From an uncultured Alphaproteobacteria bacterium (GTDB lineage: Bacteria; Pseudomonadota; Alphaproteobacteria; RF32; CAG-239), in NCBI GenBank assembly GCA_944392315.1, contig CALXWH010000023.1, positions 5,991 through 69,990 on the forward strand: a stretch of DNA of 64,000 nt, written 5' to 3'. The notes beneath the pieces are model-generated. The model searched no databases. It worked only from the letters and a program-made list of their open reading frames with translations, and had not been told where the DNA came from. The position numbers and the translations under genes were made by a program. How positions within the stretch are numbered: position 1 is the first letter of the stretch; each line of letters opens with the position of its first letter. Positions 54,075-64,000 of this stretch are shown in pieces.

Positions 54075-54103
54075 TTGACGGAAAAAATTACTTATGCTAA
54101 AGT
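54075..54103 (+). promoter_or_regulatory. Sigma70-type promoter of membrane-protein paralog 2
   Basis: TTGACG, 17 nt, TAAAGT. The ATG follows 44 nt downstream, the same layout as paralog 1. Confidence 0.45.
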
Positions 54104-54146
54104 TGGCACAGTTAGAATATTTTTATGAACTTAAAATTTTTTGGTT

Positions 54147-54608
54147 ATGAACGACTTATTATTTTATGCAGCCGTTGTTCTGCTTGCGATTAGTGTTATT
54201 TCCTGCATTGTTTACAATGTGGTGTATTGGACTAATAATCTCAGACTTTTTGAGAACTTGCTGTTTGATGAAAAGTATCCTTTTGAAGTGCCTGAGGATG
54301 ATTATGAGCGTTTTGCCAAAGCTGCGGCAATTAAAGATTTTTGTAGCAGATGTTGGGCTAAAACCGCTTTTCGGCATAAAACAGAAGGCGAGAAAAAATT
54401 GGATAATCTCATTACCGGAAACGGTCTTTTCGGTGGGTTAGCCTTGTTTCTTTATTTTGAGCCGGCTGTTTGGGGCGTTTTTGCCGGATTCATCGTGGCG
54501 GTGTTGCTGCAATATGTATACAGAAATATTATCTTTGCTGTGGGGCATATTGTGGCATGGAGAAAGGCGCGCCGTATTTATTGGCAATATCAAAAAGGAG
54601 AGCTGTAA
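54147..54608 (+). CDS. Small membrane protein, paralog 2 of a tandem pair
   Basis: MNDLLFYAAVVLLAISVISCIVYNVV...DEKYPFEVPEDDY...VAWRKARRIYWQYQKGEL is colinear with 53579-54025. Confidence 0.6.
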   Translation: MNDLLFYAAVVLLAISVISCIVYNVVYWTNNLRLFENLLFDEKYPFEVPEDDYERFAKAAAIKDFCSRCWAKTAFRHKTEGEKKLDNLITGNGLFGGLALFLYFEPAVWGVFAGFIVAVLLQYVYRNIIFAVGHIVAWRKARRIYWQYQKGEL

Positions 54609-54655
54609 ACAAATGTAGCTTAAAGAGGGGTGCTTATTATCAGTACGCCTCTTTT

Positions 54656-55141
54656 TTATGGCTCATTATGCGCGATGATGTCGGCGGTTGTTAACGGAAT
54701 AATGCTTGCCAAATCTTTTAGCGATAACTCAACCTGATAGCCTATCATGCCGGCGCTGAATATAATTGTGGCAAAGTCTTGAGCTGTTTGATGCGCCACG
54801 GTCTTAAACTGCTTTTTCATGCCAATCGGGGAGCAACCGCCGTGTACGTATCCGGTTAGGGGGAGCAATTCTTTTTGTTTTAACATTTCTACCGATTTTT
54901 CACCAACGGCCAGTGCCGCTTTTTTTAAGTCCAATTCTTCGGCAACGGGCAGCATAAAGACATAATGTGTGCCGCTCTTGCCGGTGGTGACAAGCGTCTT
55001 AAACACTTGAGCCGGATTTTGCCCCAGAGCCGCGGCGACTTCGGTGCCTGAAATTGCGGTTGTTGAGGCATAGCTATATGTTTTGTAGGCGATTTTGTGT
55101 TTATCTAAAATCCGCATCGCGTTGGTTTTGACGTTTGACAT
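54656..55141 (-). CDS. ybaK: Cys-tRNA(Pro)/Cys-tRNA(Cys) deacylase YbaK
   Basis: MSNVKTNAMRILDKHKIAYKTYSY...VFKTLV...GYVHGGCSPIGMKK matches the YbaK/EbsC trans-editing domain. Confidence 0.8.
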   Translation of the reverse strand: MSNVKTNAMRILDKHKIAYKTYSYASTTAISGTEVAAALGQNPAQVFKTLVTTGKSGTHYVFMLPVAEELDLKKAALAVGEKSVEMLKQKELLPLTGYVHGGCSPIGMKKQFKTVAHQTAQDFATIIFSAGMIGYQVELSLKDLASIIPLTTADIIAHNEP

Positions 55142-55288
55142 GGATATTATCTCCCTTGGAAGAAAAAATCTTTTTTATTTATGGCGTGGTATAAGGCGGA
55201 ATAACCTATTTGTAAAGTGTTTTTTCTCATCTTTGTCATAAAAAAAAGACACCGCGGGAGGGTGTCTTTTTCATTTGTTTTGTGTTGT

Positions 55289-56116
55289 TTATATCCAGAA
55301 AGCCGGAGCTATGCAAGCACAATCGTTCAAGTCTTTGGCATAAAACTTGCCCTTGTCTTGTCCGGGGTAATATAAATAACACATGATGGAATTTGGCGCC
55401 ACAAAGTTTGAGGTGAAAATGAAATTTTTTAACAAACTTGAGTTGGTGCCAAAACGCTTGGAACGTACTTTATCGGAAGTGCCGTAACTGAGATTTTCTA
55501 TTCTTCCGACTAAATCCAAAAATACCGGCTCGGCCAACTTAATCTCTTCTATAGAGGGCAAAAAACAATCGTTCGGCTGTAAACCGCCGCCCGTATATTC
55601 TAGGCAGTGATTGACGGCCAGAATGTTGACGAGATTTTGCTCGGATAAGTCTTGCAGAAGCAGGCTGTTTTTCATACCTTGCGGGCTGTTGATGTTATGC
55701 GGTGAAAATTGATTGTTTTGACTAAAGTCGTTGTTACTCATAAAGTCATCATATTTCCACCCGTTAAACGTAAAGCACAAGGCGCGTTTGCCGATGAGTG
55801 CATCTTTATCAGGATTCTTCCACCCGATAACGCCGGTGATTTCCAGATTAAGGCGTTTGGGGTTAATAGTCCCATCTGAATAAAGGTAGTCCAGTGCATT
55901 GGCTTTTGTGAGAGCTTTGGTATAAAGCTCGGCAACAGAAGCGTATGTCGGCGCGGTTTCTTTTAATTTCATTTGCCCGAGGGGACCCTTGATGCTGACG
56001 ATGGCATTGATGTTTTCTTTGCCATAGGTTCCGTCCGGATAAAAATAGTACGGGTAACCGATTTGGTTTCCAATTGCATTTAATTTGCGGATAATAATTT
56101 TAATGTTTTTTTCCAT
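55289..56116 (-). CDS. Hypothetical protein
   Basis: 275-aa ORF with protein-like composition. No signal peptide and no family recognised (a weak, unconvincing resemblance to DUF1566-type domains). Confidence 0.55.
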   Translation of the reverse strand: MEKNIKIIIRKLNAIGNQIGYPYYFYPDGTYGKENINAIVSIKGPLGQMKLKETAPTYASVAELYTKALTKANALDYLYSDGTINPKRLNLEITGVIGWKNPDKDALIGKRALCFTFNGWKYDDFMSNNDFSQNNQFSPHNINSPQGMKNSLLLQDLSEQNLVNILAVNHCLEYTGGGLQPNDCFLPSIEEIKLAEPVFLDLVGRIENLSYGTSDKVRSKRFGTNSSLLKNFIFTSNFVAPNSIMCYLYYPGQDKGKFYAKDLNDCACIAPAFWI

Positions 56117-56289
56117 GATAATTAAGTTTAAAATAATATTTAACCGATGGATTAGATAGGTAATAACATTGGTTGCGTCAAGCTTTTTTTGCGCCTTAAA
56201 ACAACTTTTTTATCTTTTCTTTTGTGACAATAAAAAAGAAAGTCTTTGCCGGTGAGGGCAGAGACTTTCCGTTTGTTTTTTTTATGCAG

Positions 56290-56559
56290 CTAGAGCAAAT
56301 TGCCAAAGCGCAGGTTGAAAATTTGTTTTGCTGCCTCGGTCAGGCCATGAATCCTGCGGTAAAACAGAATCATGGCGATTTTACCGAACTCTACAAAACT
56401 TTTTTCCACCTCGGCATCAAAGCGATTATCGCTTATATAGCCTCTAAGAAATTCTTCGTCATTTAGGCAGATGAGTTCAATCTGTTCTGCCGGGTTAAGA
56501 ACTCTTGACTGCGCAGCGGCAACCTTGTTGCTTTGACTGCATGAAATGTGCTGTTCCAT
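56290..56559 (-). CDS. Possible small hypothetical protein
   Basis: 89-aa ORF without a clear SD. It overlaps an 80-aa ORF on the other strand, so coding status is uncertain. Confidence 0.3.
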   Translation of the reverse strand: MEQHISCSQSNKVAAAQSRVLNPAEQIELICLNDEEFLRGYISDNRFDAEVEKSFVEFGKIAMILFYRRIHGLTEAAKQIFNLRFGNLL

Positions 56560-56695
56560 ATATATATAATAAAAATTAAGTTATTGAGCTTTTAGTATAG
56601 CGCGTTTTCTTATGCTCTGCAAGAAAAAAATGCTCTTATTGCGGCAAGGGCGCGTCAATGCTTTAAATAGAAACAATTAGGGGTGTAAAAAATGC

Positions 56696-56723
56696 TTGCA
56701 ATTTAAAATTATTTTGCTATATT
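56696..56723 (+). promoter_or_regulatory. Sigma70-type promoter of the rpsF-rpsR-rplI operon
   Basis: TTGCAA, 16 nt, TATATT. It is followed by an ~80-nt leader containing the hairpin CTGTAGGAAA/TTTCTACGG, a possible S6:S18 autoregulatory leader. Confidence 0.5.
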
Positions 56724-56803
56724 TCCCTCTGTCCTTGCTGTAGGAAATCGTTTCTACGGCTATACATTAATTTTGTTGAGAATCCATAAGGAGATTTTTT
56801 TAG

Positions 56804-57133
56804 ATGACTAAATACGAAAGTATGTTGATTGCACGTCAGGATCTCGGTCAGTCTCAAGTTAATGACATTGTTGCAACTTTGTCTGAAGCTGTTAAAAAAG
56901 AAGGCGGCGAAGTTGTTAGTGTTGATAACTGGGGCTTGAAAAACCTGGCTTACCGCATTAAAAAGAACCGTAAAGGTTACTATGTTGTTTTGAATATTTC
57001 AGCTCCGGCTAACGCTATCTTTGAATTTGAACGCTTGGCTCGTTTGAACGAAGATATTATCCGCTATATGACGGTTAAAGTTGAAGAATTTAGCAGCAAA
57101 GATGATAAAGCTGCTGATGAAGCTGCTCAATAA
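56804..57133 (+). CDS. rpsF: 30S ribosomal protein S6
   Basis: [23 protein letters not shown]...[22 protein letters not shown]. Confidence 0.95.
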   Translation: MTKYESMLIARQDLGQSQVNDIVATLSEAVKKEGGEVVSVDNWGLKNLAYRIKKNRKGYYVVLNISAPANAIFEFERLARLNEDIIRYMTVKVEEFSSKDDKAADEAAQ

Positions 57134-57144
57134 TAGGAGATGGA

Positions 57145-57366
57145 ATGATGGCTAATAAAGCATTTTTTAAAAGAAAAAATTTTAGCGATAATTCTAATTT
57201 TGTTATTGATTATAAAGATACAAAGTTTCTTTCTCGCTATATCTCGGAAAAAGGCAAAATTATGCCTAGCCGTATCACTAACGTAACCTCTAAAACCCAG
57301 AGAGAAATCGCTCGTGCTATTAAACGCGCTCGCTATGTTGCTCTCTTGCCGTATGTTGCTAACTAA
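57145..57366 (+). CDS. rpsR: 30S ribosomal protein S18
   Basis: FKRKNFS...[50 protein letters not shown]. Confidence 0.95.
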   Translation: MMANKAFFKRKNFSDNSNFVIDYKDTKFLSRYISEKGKIMPSRITNVTSKTQREIARAIKRARYVALLPYVAN

Positions 57367-57378
57367 GGAGATGGAACA

Positions 57379-57921
57379 ATGGAAATCATTCTTTTGGAAC
57401 ATGTCGAAAAATTAGGCAAAATGGGCGATAAAGTTCATGTTAAAAACGGTTACGCTCGTAACTATTTGTTGCCTCAAAATAAAGCTTTGCGCGCTACTGA
57501 AGCTAATGTTGCTTTCTTTGAAAAACAACGCGCAGAATTAGAAGCTCGCAATAAGGCTCTCTTTGACGAAGCTAACAAAAAAGCTGAAGAATTAAAAGGC
57601 TTTTCTGCTGTTGTTATTCGTCAAGCTGCTGAAACAGGGCAACTCTATGGTTCTGTTACCATTCGTGATATTGCTCAAGCTATTAACGAATCCGGTGTTG
57701 CTTTGGAACGTCGTTTCGTTGCTTTGGATAAGCCGATTAAATATTTGGGCATCTATCCGGTTAAATTGAGCTTGCACCCAGAAGTTTCTCAAACCATCTT
57801 GGTTAATGTTGCAAGAACTCCTGATGAAGCTAAAAAGCAGGAAAAAGCATATAATAATCAATCTGCTGATGCTGCAGTTAAGGCTGAACCGGAAGCTAAG
57901 GCTGAAGCTCAAGCTAACTAA
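57379..57921 (+). CDS. rplI: 50S ribosomal protein L9
   Basis: MEIILLEHVEKLGKMGDKVHVKNGYARNYLLPQNKALRAT..., with an A/E/K-rich C-terminal tail. Confidence 0.95.
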   Translation: MEIILLEHVEKLGKMGDKVHVKNGYARNYLLPQNKALRATEANVAFFEKQRAELEARNKALFDEANKKAEELKGFSAVVIRQAAETGQLYGSVTIRDIAQAINESGVALERRFVALDKPIKYLGIYPVKLSLHPEVSQTILVNVARTPDEAKKQEKAYNNQSADAAVKAEPEAKAEAQAN

Positions 57922-58015
57922 GCTCAATAGGCTTTGGGTTGAGGGTGAGCGTCGTTTGTTAATAGGGCTTGCTTTTACTTAAAAGTCTGACGGATGCTTA
58001 AAGCATAAAATTAAA

Positions 58016-58047
58016 GGACAGTTACTTTGTGTGCTGTCCTTTTTTTG
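58016..58047 (+). terminator. Intrinsic terminator of the ribosomal protein operon
   Basis: Stem AGGACAG/CTGTCCT with a 12-nt loop, then TTTTTTT. Confidence 0.7.
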
Positions 58048-58271
58048 TGGGATATATTGAGAATAGGGTAGTGGACTGTTTATCCCCTATAAATAGAAAA
58101 AGTATCTGCTTTAAGGTGATGATGAGGGCGTGTGGCGATTGTCCGGCGGAGAGAATTTGAGGTGTTTTGCTTTTATGTATTAAAATAAAGCGTGTGGGGA
58201 GGTTAATGGTATTGACTTTTTGTCTAATAACGTTATGATGGAGCGAATTTACTAATTATTTATTTATAGAT

Positions 58272-59183
58272 ATGAAAAAGTTTTTATTTGTGTTCGGATT
58301 TATTTTGCTTGGGTTTTATACCTTCCGCAGTTGTCAGAGTGAGAATATCCCTCCAGTTTTAGATGCTTATGGTTTGGCGCAATTTTATCCTGATGAACAG
58401 GAAATTGTTATTCAAGATGAATTAGATTCTCTTCATAAAGCGAAAACGTATATGACAACATATGCGGATTTGGGACTTGTTAATGAAGGTGTTGATTGGA
58501 GCAAAAAAGTTTATGTTTATGTTTCTGGAAGCTATGTTTCTCTTATTTCAAATGTGAAATTAGAGCATGCTTTGGTGGTTCGTAACTATGCAGCACAAGT
58601 TTCTGCGTATGATTTTTTTCATTCCTATCGGCCTTGGCTCTTGAGCGGTATTACTTTTGCGTTGGTCTTTGGATATTTGATGGGCTGTCGTATGCTGGAA
58701 AAATCTCAACGGAGAGGTCTGCTTATTCTTAATCTCGTATGGGGAATTGGCGTTGTTACGTTGGTGGTGGATTTCTTTGAAGGGTTTTCGTTTATGGCGG
58801 AAACAAAAGAAAAGGCTCCGGTTTACGTTTCTGCTATCACTGACAATAATCCTAAAAAGCAGTTGGTGATGGAAGAGGTGTATTTTGATGAAATGCTGAA
58901 AGATAAGCCCAAAACAAAGTTTGTTTATGACTGGGGACGGTACTATCTGGTTACTTATGAGCCGCTTAATATGGAAGATATGCCTCTGTTGCTTGTTGGT
59001 TATCAGAAAGGGGCTGAATATTTTGTTCATCTCTATATCATGATTTTGCTAATTTTGTTCTTTTTAGCGCTGATGTCGTTAAGTAACTTGAGTACAAAAC
59101 GATTAAAAGCAATGGCTGCAAAGAGCAAACAATCAATTCAAGGCGACAAGGAAGACATAACAAACGAAAACAAAGCATCTTAA
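58272..59183 (+). CDS. Membrane protein, unknown function
   Basis: 303 aa: an N-terminal signal/anchor, three internal TM segments and a C-terminal TM followed by a basic tail. A promoter-like TTGACT-16 nt-TATGAT lies about 30 nt upstream of the start. Confidence 0.65.
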   Translation: MKKFLFVFGFILLGFYTFRSCQSENIPPVLDAYGLAQFYPDEQEIVIQDELDSLHKAKTYMTTYADLGLVNEGVDWSKKVYVYVSGSYVSLISNVKLEHALVVRNYAAQVSAYDFFHSYRPWLLSGITFALVFGYLMGCRMLEKSQRRGLLILNLVWGIGVVTLVVDFFEGFSFMAETKEKAPVYVSAITDNNPKKQLVMEEVYFDEMLKDKPKTKFVYDWGRYYLVTYEPLNMEDMPLLLVGYQKGAEYFVHLYIMILLILFFLALMSLSNLSTKRLKAMAAKSKQSIQGDKEDITNENKAS

Positions 59184-59285
59184 TCTGAACGAGCTTTGAC
59201 TAATGAAAGGGCATCGGTGGTTATCTACCGGTGCTCTTTTTGTGATGTTTTTTAGCCGAGTAGGGATGGGAGATGTTAAAGAAAA

Positions 59286-59304
59286 CCCCGCCATTATGGC
59301 GGGG
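59286..59304. terminator. Terminator hairpin downstream of rpoD (bidirectional in form)
   Basis: CCCCGCC attat GGCGGGG with T-rich tracts on both strands. Confidence 0.7.
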
Positions 59305-59317
59305 CTTCTCTTTTTTC

Positions 59318-61387
59318 TTATTGGTCTAAGAAAGAACGCAACTTCTTACTGCGGCTCGGGTGCTTCAATTTTCTTAAAGCCTTGGCCTCAATTTGACGAA
59401 TACGCTCTCTCGTGACATTAAATTGCTGGCCAACTTCTTCCAACGTGTGATCTGTGTTCATGCCGATACCGAAACGCATACGCAATACTCTTTCTTCTCT
59501 AGGTGTTAGGGAAGACAAAATGCGCGTGCAAGTTTCTTTTAAGTTCGCATGAATTGCGGAATCAATCGGTTGTAAAGCGTTTTCATCGGCAATAAAATCT
59601 CCTAATGATGAATCCTCTTCATCTCCAACCGGAGCTTCCAAACTAACCGGCTCTTTGGCGATTTTCATTACCTTACGAATTTTATCTACCGGCATGGATA
59701 ATCTTTTAGCCAACTCTTCCGGTATCGGTTCACGCCCCATTTCCAACGTCATTTGACGTGAGGTTCTGACCAACTTGTTGATGGTTTCTATCATATGAAC
59801 CGGAATACGGATGGTGCGAGCTTGATCGGCAATGGAACGTGTGATTGCCTGACGTATCCACCAGGTTGCGTAGGTAGAGAATTTATAGCCTCTACGATAT
59901 TCAAATTTATCTACGGCTTTCATCAAACCAATGTTACCTTCTTGGATTAAATCCAAAAATTGCATACCGCGGTTGGTGTATTTTTTAGAAATGGAAATAA
60001 CCAATCTTAAGTTTGCTTCAATCATTTCCTTTTTTGCACGATCAGCTTCACGTTCACCACGCTTAATCGTATCTACCATTTTGCGGTATTCAGATATCGG
60101 CAGACCGCATTCTTTGCTCATCTCTGCCAAAGAATTACGTAATTCGGTGATTTCTTCGCGGTTTTCATTTATGAAAGCTTGCCAGTGTTTATCTTTCTTT
60201 TCAGACATCTTTTCAACCCAATGCGGATCTAATTCCGAACGTTGGTAGGCTTCCAAGAAATCTTCTCTCTTCACGCGGCAGTTTAGGGCCAAACGCATCA
60301 ATTTACCTTCAACGCCCATCAAGCGGCGGTTCAAATCGTTTAATTGTTCAACCAATTCTTCCACGCGGGCGGAATTTAAGTGAATTGAGCTCATCAATTC
60401 TATCAATTCTTTTTTGATGTTGGTATATTTCTTTTCAAGCGCAGGTTGTGCCTTGCGGCCGGCCAAAATCGCTTTCATACGTTGGCTTTGGATGCGGCTC
60501 AACTCATCATAGTAGCTTGAAATCTTGTTCAAAATATCCAAAACCGGCTCAAAGAGGGCTGCTTCCATGGCGCTGATTGAGGTGGTGCTGTGAGAACCTT
60601 CTTCGTCATCATCATCCAGTTCTCCATTGCCTTCGCCATCCAGCTCGCCATTTTCAGCAACGTCTTCTTCTTCCGGCTCATCATCAACGGTATCGTCAAA
60701 TTCAATATCGTTTTCTAGATCGTCGTCTATTTCATCCAAATTTTTGGCTTCTAAGTCTTTGGCGACTTGTTCTAAGTCATCCACTTGTGGCGTTTCGTCA
60801 TCATAAACAATGGCTTCTGAATCTACACCATACATCATTTCCAAGTCTACGATGTTACGGAGTTGCATTGTTCCTTCTACCAACTCATCACGCCATTTGG
60901 AGATGGCTTTTAAGGTCATCGGATTTTCGCAAAGACCGCCAATCATAACCGTTTTGCCGGCTTCTATTCTTTTGGCGATGGCTATTTCGCCTTCTCGCGA
61001 CAGTAATTCTACGGTGCCCATTTCTTTTAAGTACATACGGACCGGATCATCCGAGCGCATCAGCTCTTTGCCGTCTAAATTGCCTACACCGTCTTCGTCG
61101 TCTAAAATTTCGTCTTCTTCAGGACTTTCTTCTTCGCCGTTGTCATCTTCAAAGTCTTCCGTTTCATCGGCCGATATTATGCTGATTTCCATATCGGAAA
61201 TGGCTGCCATGATATCTTCTATCTGGTCGGAAGTTTCTTTTTCGGATGGAAGGGCTTGATTAAGTTCTTCTATGGTGATGTATCCTTGCTCTTTTCCTTT
61301 GGCAATTAACTTTTTCAGCGCACTCCCAAATGAATCCAACAAAGGTGCATCAGATGTTCTGTAATCTTCGTTATCTGTTTCTGACAT
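59318..61387 (-). CDS. rpoD: RNA polymerase primary sigma factor
   Basis: Region 2 ([24 protein letters not shown]), region 3 and region 4 ([27 protein letters not shown]), plus a long acidic region 1 / non-conserved insert. 689 aa. Confidence 0.95.
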   Translation of the reverse strand: MSETDNEDYRTSDAPLLDSFGSALKKLIAKGKEQGYITIEELNQALPSEKETSDQIEDIMAAISDMEISIISADETEDFEDDNGEEESPEEDEILDDEDGVGNLDGKELMRSDDPVRMYLKEMGTVELLSREGEIAIAKRIEAGKTVMIGGLCENPMTLKAISKWRDELVEGTMQLRNIVDLEMMYGVDSEAIVYDDETPQVDDLEQVAKDLEAKNLDEIDDDLENDIEFDDTVDDEPEEEDVAENGELDGEGNGELDDDDEEGSHSTTSISAMEAALFEPVLDILNKISSYYDELSRIQSQRMKAILAGRKAQPALEKKYTNIKKELIELMSSIHLNSARVEELVEQLNDLNRRLMGVEGKLMRLALNCRVKREDFLEAYQRSELDPHWVEKMSEKKDKHWQAFINENREEITELRNSLAEMSKECGLPISEYRKMVDTIKRGEREADRAKKEMIEANLRLVISISKKYTNRGMQFLDLIQEGNIGLMKAVDKFEYRRGYKFSTYATWWIRQAITRSIADQARTIRIPVHMIETINKLVRTSRQMTLEMGREPIPEELAKRLSMPVDKIRKVMKIAKEPVSLEAPVGDEEDSSLGDFIADENALQPIDSAIHANLKETCTRILSSLTPREERVLRMRFGIGMNTDHTLEEVGQQFNVTRERIRQIEAKALRKLKHPSRSKKLRSFLDQ

Positions 61388-61556
61388 GTCGTTCCTTAAA
61401 ATCGATTTTAAATTGCCTTTTTATACGTAGTATAAACCGGCAAAAAATTGCAAGCGGTTACATACATAATCGCTCATGGGGCGTTTGTCAAGTCTAAATT
61501 CTGTTTCATACAGATTTTTTTGAGCTTTTTTCGTGTTCAAACCTTTATTTATTGCC

Positions 61557-61586
61557 TTGACACTTGTGCTTAAATCTTTGTATGAT
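61557..61586 (+). promoter_or_regulatory. Sigma70-type promoter, divergent from rpoD, for the large open-ended ORF
   Basis: TTGACA (61557-61562), 18-nt spacer, TATGAT (61581-61586). Confidence 0.45.
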
Positions 61587-61618
61587 GACTTATTGTAGGT
61601 TGGGAGATTGTTATCGGT

Positions 61619-64000
61619 ATGTTGTGGAATGAAACTGAACTGCAAAATGTAGCTGCTTTGGGCAAGGAAATTGTCGTTGAGCGGTTTATGAAAAATTTGG
61701 GCGTTCAGGAAAACGAAGATATTTTTAATAAAACGAATTTTCCGTATTTGTGGGGACTTATCGGGGTCGCCGGCGTTAAGGGAACTTCACCTCTTGTTCG
61801 GCACAAAATTTGGAATGCGTTGGTACAGTTTGGCGTGGTTCAGGCCTTTGATAAAGGTGTTCTTTCTGACTATAACCGCAAGATGGCCGACCATTTTAAT
61901 GATGGACGGATTAAGGCTTGGAAGGGATTGGATAATTTTCAGGCCAGTGTGAAATTTCATAAAACCGTTTTGGAAAAATTAGTCAAAACCGATGCCGATT
62001 TGGCCCAACAGGTGTCCCCTTATTGCGTTGATTATAAAAAAATGATGGAACAGCTCAATGAAACTGAGCTTAATGATAAATTAAAAGCCTATCTGGAGAG
62101 ATTTAGAGGGATGGGGGCCGCTTGCGGTGTTACTCCAGATGCCGTAGATGCGGTTTATGAAAAAACGGACGTCCTGCGCAAACTTTGTGATGTGGCGGCG
62201 TATACTCACCGTAAATTGACCGAAAGAGAAAAGGATTATCTTTTTTCTTATCTTTTTGATGCCGTTAATGACGGCTTTTCTCCAAAATCCATAGGGCTTG
62301 ATGATGCGGTCTTAGCTAAACTGATGGCTGATGAGGCTTTAGACGGACTTTCTGAGCTGGAAGCGGAACCTCTCTTGGCCAGAAATTCCGAAATTGAAGA
62401 TTTTGCCGCCAAATTTGAAGACGAATATGGCTTTTTTGACGAAACCGAAGCCAAATTTATTAAACACGAGTTCGGTAAGATAAAACCTTTAACCGAGCGA
62501 TGCTTGAAATGTATTCAAAAAGATGCGGAGCCTAAAGGTGTCGTCTTTGCAATGACCTTGGTGGAACTTAATCAAATCAAATCGGCTGTGCAAATCTTGT
62601 TGGAATTGGCCAAAAAGGGGCGAGCTACCGAACTTATCGGCTTCTTACACCGCTTGTTACCCAAAGTTAAAGGTTCGGAAGGGTTTATTTTGGACATTAT
62701 TTGTATGAACATGCAAAATGTCCGCAGCGGTGATGCTTTTTTTATGGAATATGCGGCCAGGCGGGCGTTGACGGCTACGCGTATCTTTATTGAGGCCAGT
62801 TGTCCGCAGCAGGCGGCTATGCTTCTTAAATACTTGGTCTTCGGAAACTGGTTCTTGGATAAGAATGAATTGGTTAAACAGTTTATTTTATTTGCCAATA
62901 CTTTGATGTATATGGATGATAAATTAACACAAGAAATGTGTTTCTTGGCGAAGCAATTAAATTTGCGTGTGTTTGAAACCGAAGAAGGCGTTATTATCGG
63001 AACGGACGAGGATACCCCTTTATCTATGGCTAAGCAAAAATTAGAGCAGTTTGTGGTGGGAACGTCTATGCTTAACTGGGCAAAGTATGCCGAAGATGAT
63101 AAAAAGAAACTCTTAAACGCTCAACAATCCGCTCAATTAGAAAATGAAGTCGTTGACGCGGTTGCGGAAGTGGAGGAACATACGCTTCTTTCTACCCCAA
63201 AGCATCCTGAAGATAAGGAAGCGGTTGATTTGGCTAAAGTGGCCGAAAATATTCTCAATGATACACAAAAAGAATTACCTCATGCTGAGTTTTCTGCTCC
63301 AAAAGAACTGGTTATTCCGCAAAAAATTCAAGATAAAGAGCCAGAAAGAAAGAACTTTACGGATAGCAGACCGACAAGTAAAATTCCTTCTTCGGCTGAT
63401 ATTTTGCGGAGCTATGCTCAGGGTGAAAGCCAAAAGGATTTAGCTGATGATTTACCTACTGCTCAACTTAAAGAAACAACCACTCAGATTAAAGAAAATG
63501 CCGCAGATATCGTAAATGAGGAGGGAAAGAGAGAGGATATAATCCTTTCTGAAGAGCCGGTTGCCGATATGACGGTGCACGATGAGGTATCTGTTAATAC
63601 GAATCCTAACGAAACATCTCCGATGGAATTATCACTTGAAACGGTTGCCGATATTATTACTCATACGGATAAACAGGATGGTTCGTCTGTTGAGGGGGCT
63701 AGTTCTGATAAAACTCAAAATATTTCCGTTGTTTCTGTGTTACAGTCTGAGCCCCTCACGACTATTCAGGAAGAACCTATTGCGGAGATAAAGCCTGAAA
63801 CATCTGTTCAAAATAATTCTGTTGTTTCTGATGCTCGTCTTGTTGAAAATGCGGCTGTTGCTCCTGCTTCTGAAGTTTCGGTAGTTTCTTCTCTTGATTT
63901 GCCGCAAACCAATGCAGCGGAGCAGGGCGGGGCGGAAACTTCTCAACAAACGGATTCTGCTGAACAGTCTGAGAAGGCGACAGAGCCTACACCGGCGGTT
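61619..64000 (+). CDS. Large hypothetical protein (at least 794 aa, continues past the right edge) with a disordered S/E/V/T-rich C-terminal part
   Basis: Absent from the ORF track because it has no stop in the window. I read it codon by codon from ATG 61619 (GGGAGA 11 nt upstream, in-frame TGA at 61586-61588) to 64000 without a stop. The N-terminal ~480 aa are helical (MLWNETELQNVAALGKEIVVERF...); the remainder is low complexity. Confidence 0.75.
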   Translation, partial: MLWNETELQNVAALGKEIVVERFMKNLGVQENEDIFNKTNFPYLWGLIGVAGVKGTSPLVRHKIWNALVQFGVVQAFDKGVLSDYNRKMADHFNDGRIKAWKGLDNFQASVKFHKTVLEKLVKTDADLAQQVSPYCVDYKKMMEQLNETELNDKLKAYLERFRGMGAACGVTPDAVDAVYEKTDVLRKLCDVAAYTHRKLTEREKDYLFSYLFDAVNDGFSPKSIGLDDAVLAKLMADEALDGLSELEAEPLLARNSEIEDFAAKFEDEYGFFDETEAKFIKHEFGKIKPLTERCLKCIQKDAEPKGVVFAMTLVELNQIKSAVQILLELAKKGRATELIGFLHRLLPKVKGSEGFILDIICMNMQNVRSGDAFFMEYAARRALTATRIFIEASCPQQAAMLLKYLVFGNWFLDKNELVKQFILFANTLMYMDDKLTQEMCFLAKQLNLRVFETEEGVIIGTDEDTPLSMAKQKLEQFVVGTSMLNWAKYAEDDKKKLLNAQQSAQLENEVVDAVAEVEEHTLLSTPKHPEDKEAVDLAKVAENILNDTQKELPHAEFSAPKELVIPQKIQDKEPERKNFTDSRPTSKIPSSADILRSYAQGESQKDLADDLPTAQLKETTTQIKENAADIVNEEGKREDIILSEEPVADMTVHDEVSVNTNPNETSPMELSLETVADIITHTDKQDGSSVEGASSDKTQNISVVSVLQSEPLTTIQEEPIAEIKPETSVQNNSVVSDARLVENAAVAPASEVSVVSSLDLPQTNAAEQGGAETSQQTDSAEQSEKATEPTPAV

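Noticed and set aside
59203-59415. 70-aa plus-strand ORF
   Set aside because: It spans the rpoD terminator hairpin and overlaps the rpoD 3' end, so it is not credible as a gene.
60577-61259. Plus-strand ORFs of 123 and 149 aa
   Set aside because: They are antisense to the acidic region of rpoD, and their S/L/R/H-rich repetitive translation is an artefact of the GAT/GAA-rich coding strand.
1-64000. CRISPR arrays, rRNA genes, IS elements/transposases, classical defence genes
   Set aside because: I saw no regularly spaced short repeats, rRNA-like sequence, transposase-like ORFs with terminal inverted repeats, or restriction-modification, Cas or abortive-infection signatures in any frame.

Overview
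This 64-kb chromosomal segment comes from a diderm bacterium. It carries lpxA and lolA, and the UvrA sequence style plus an rpsF-rpsR-rplI operon without ssb suggest an alphaproteobacterium, possibly host-associated; that lineage call is a low-confidence inference. All family calls rest on reading motifs in the translated ORFs, because no BLAST or HMM search could be run.

Housekeeping genes:
- lpxA, gltX, uvrA
- prfB, with its classical +1 frameshift, which the ORF track truncates
- an AmpD-type amidase, lolA, an Hsp20, ybaK
- rpsF-rpsR-rplI and rpoD
- three tRNAs: CAU, Gly-CCC and Glu-UUC

Accessory content:
1. The left edge (1-850) is the end of an integrated element abutting the tRNA(CAU) 3' end. 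It carries a DUF2924-like gene that runs off the window.
2. A polysaccharide/LPS glycosylation locus spans 1.0-9.9 kb. It holds an acyltransferase-3, two GT2 genes (one fused to a fucosyltransferase-like domain), tandem RgpF-like paralogs and an ArnT/PMT-like GT-C protein.
3. Two paralogous Cys-containing LRR-like repeat proteins flank the amidase and prfB.
4. The main item is a ~21-kb podovirus-type virion gene cluster (26.9-47.8 kb).
   - It encodes TerS, TerL, portal, a Bbp19-like protein, scaffold, capsid, a decoration protein, an adaptor, a split nozzle gene, ejection proteins and a 1693-aa polyvalent protein with an HExxH motif.
   - I could not recognise an integrase, a replication or lysis module, or a tail fibre.
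   - It contains two promoter-plus-terminator leader modules that resemble lambdoid late-gene antitermination units.
5. Downstream of tRNA-Glu are att-like duplications of the tRNA 3' end. They are followed by a small-gene island (48-56 kb) that includes a serum-amyloid-A-like protein and several paralogous lipoprotein and membrane-protein pairs.
6. A long open-ended ORF (61619 to the right edge) is absent from the ORF track.

I saw no CRISPR array, rRNA or transposase.
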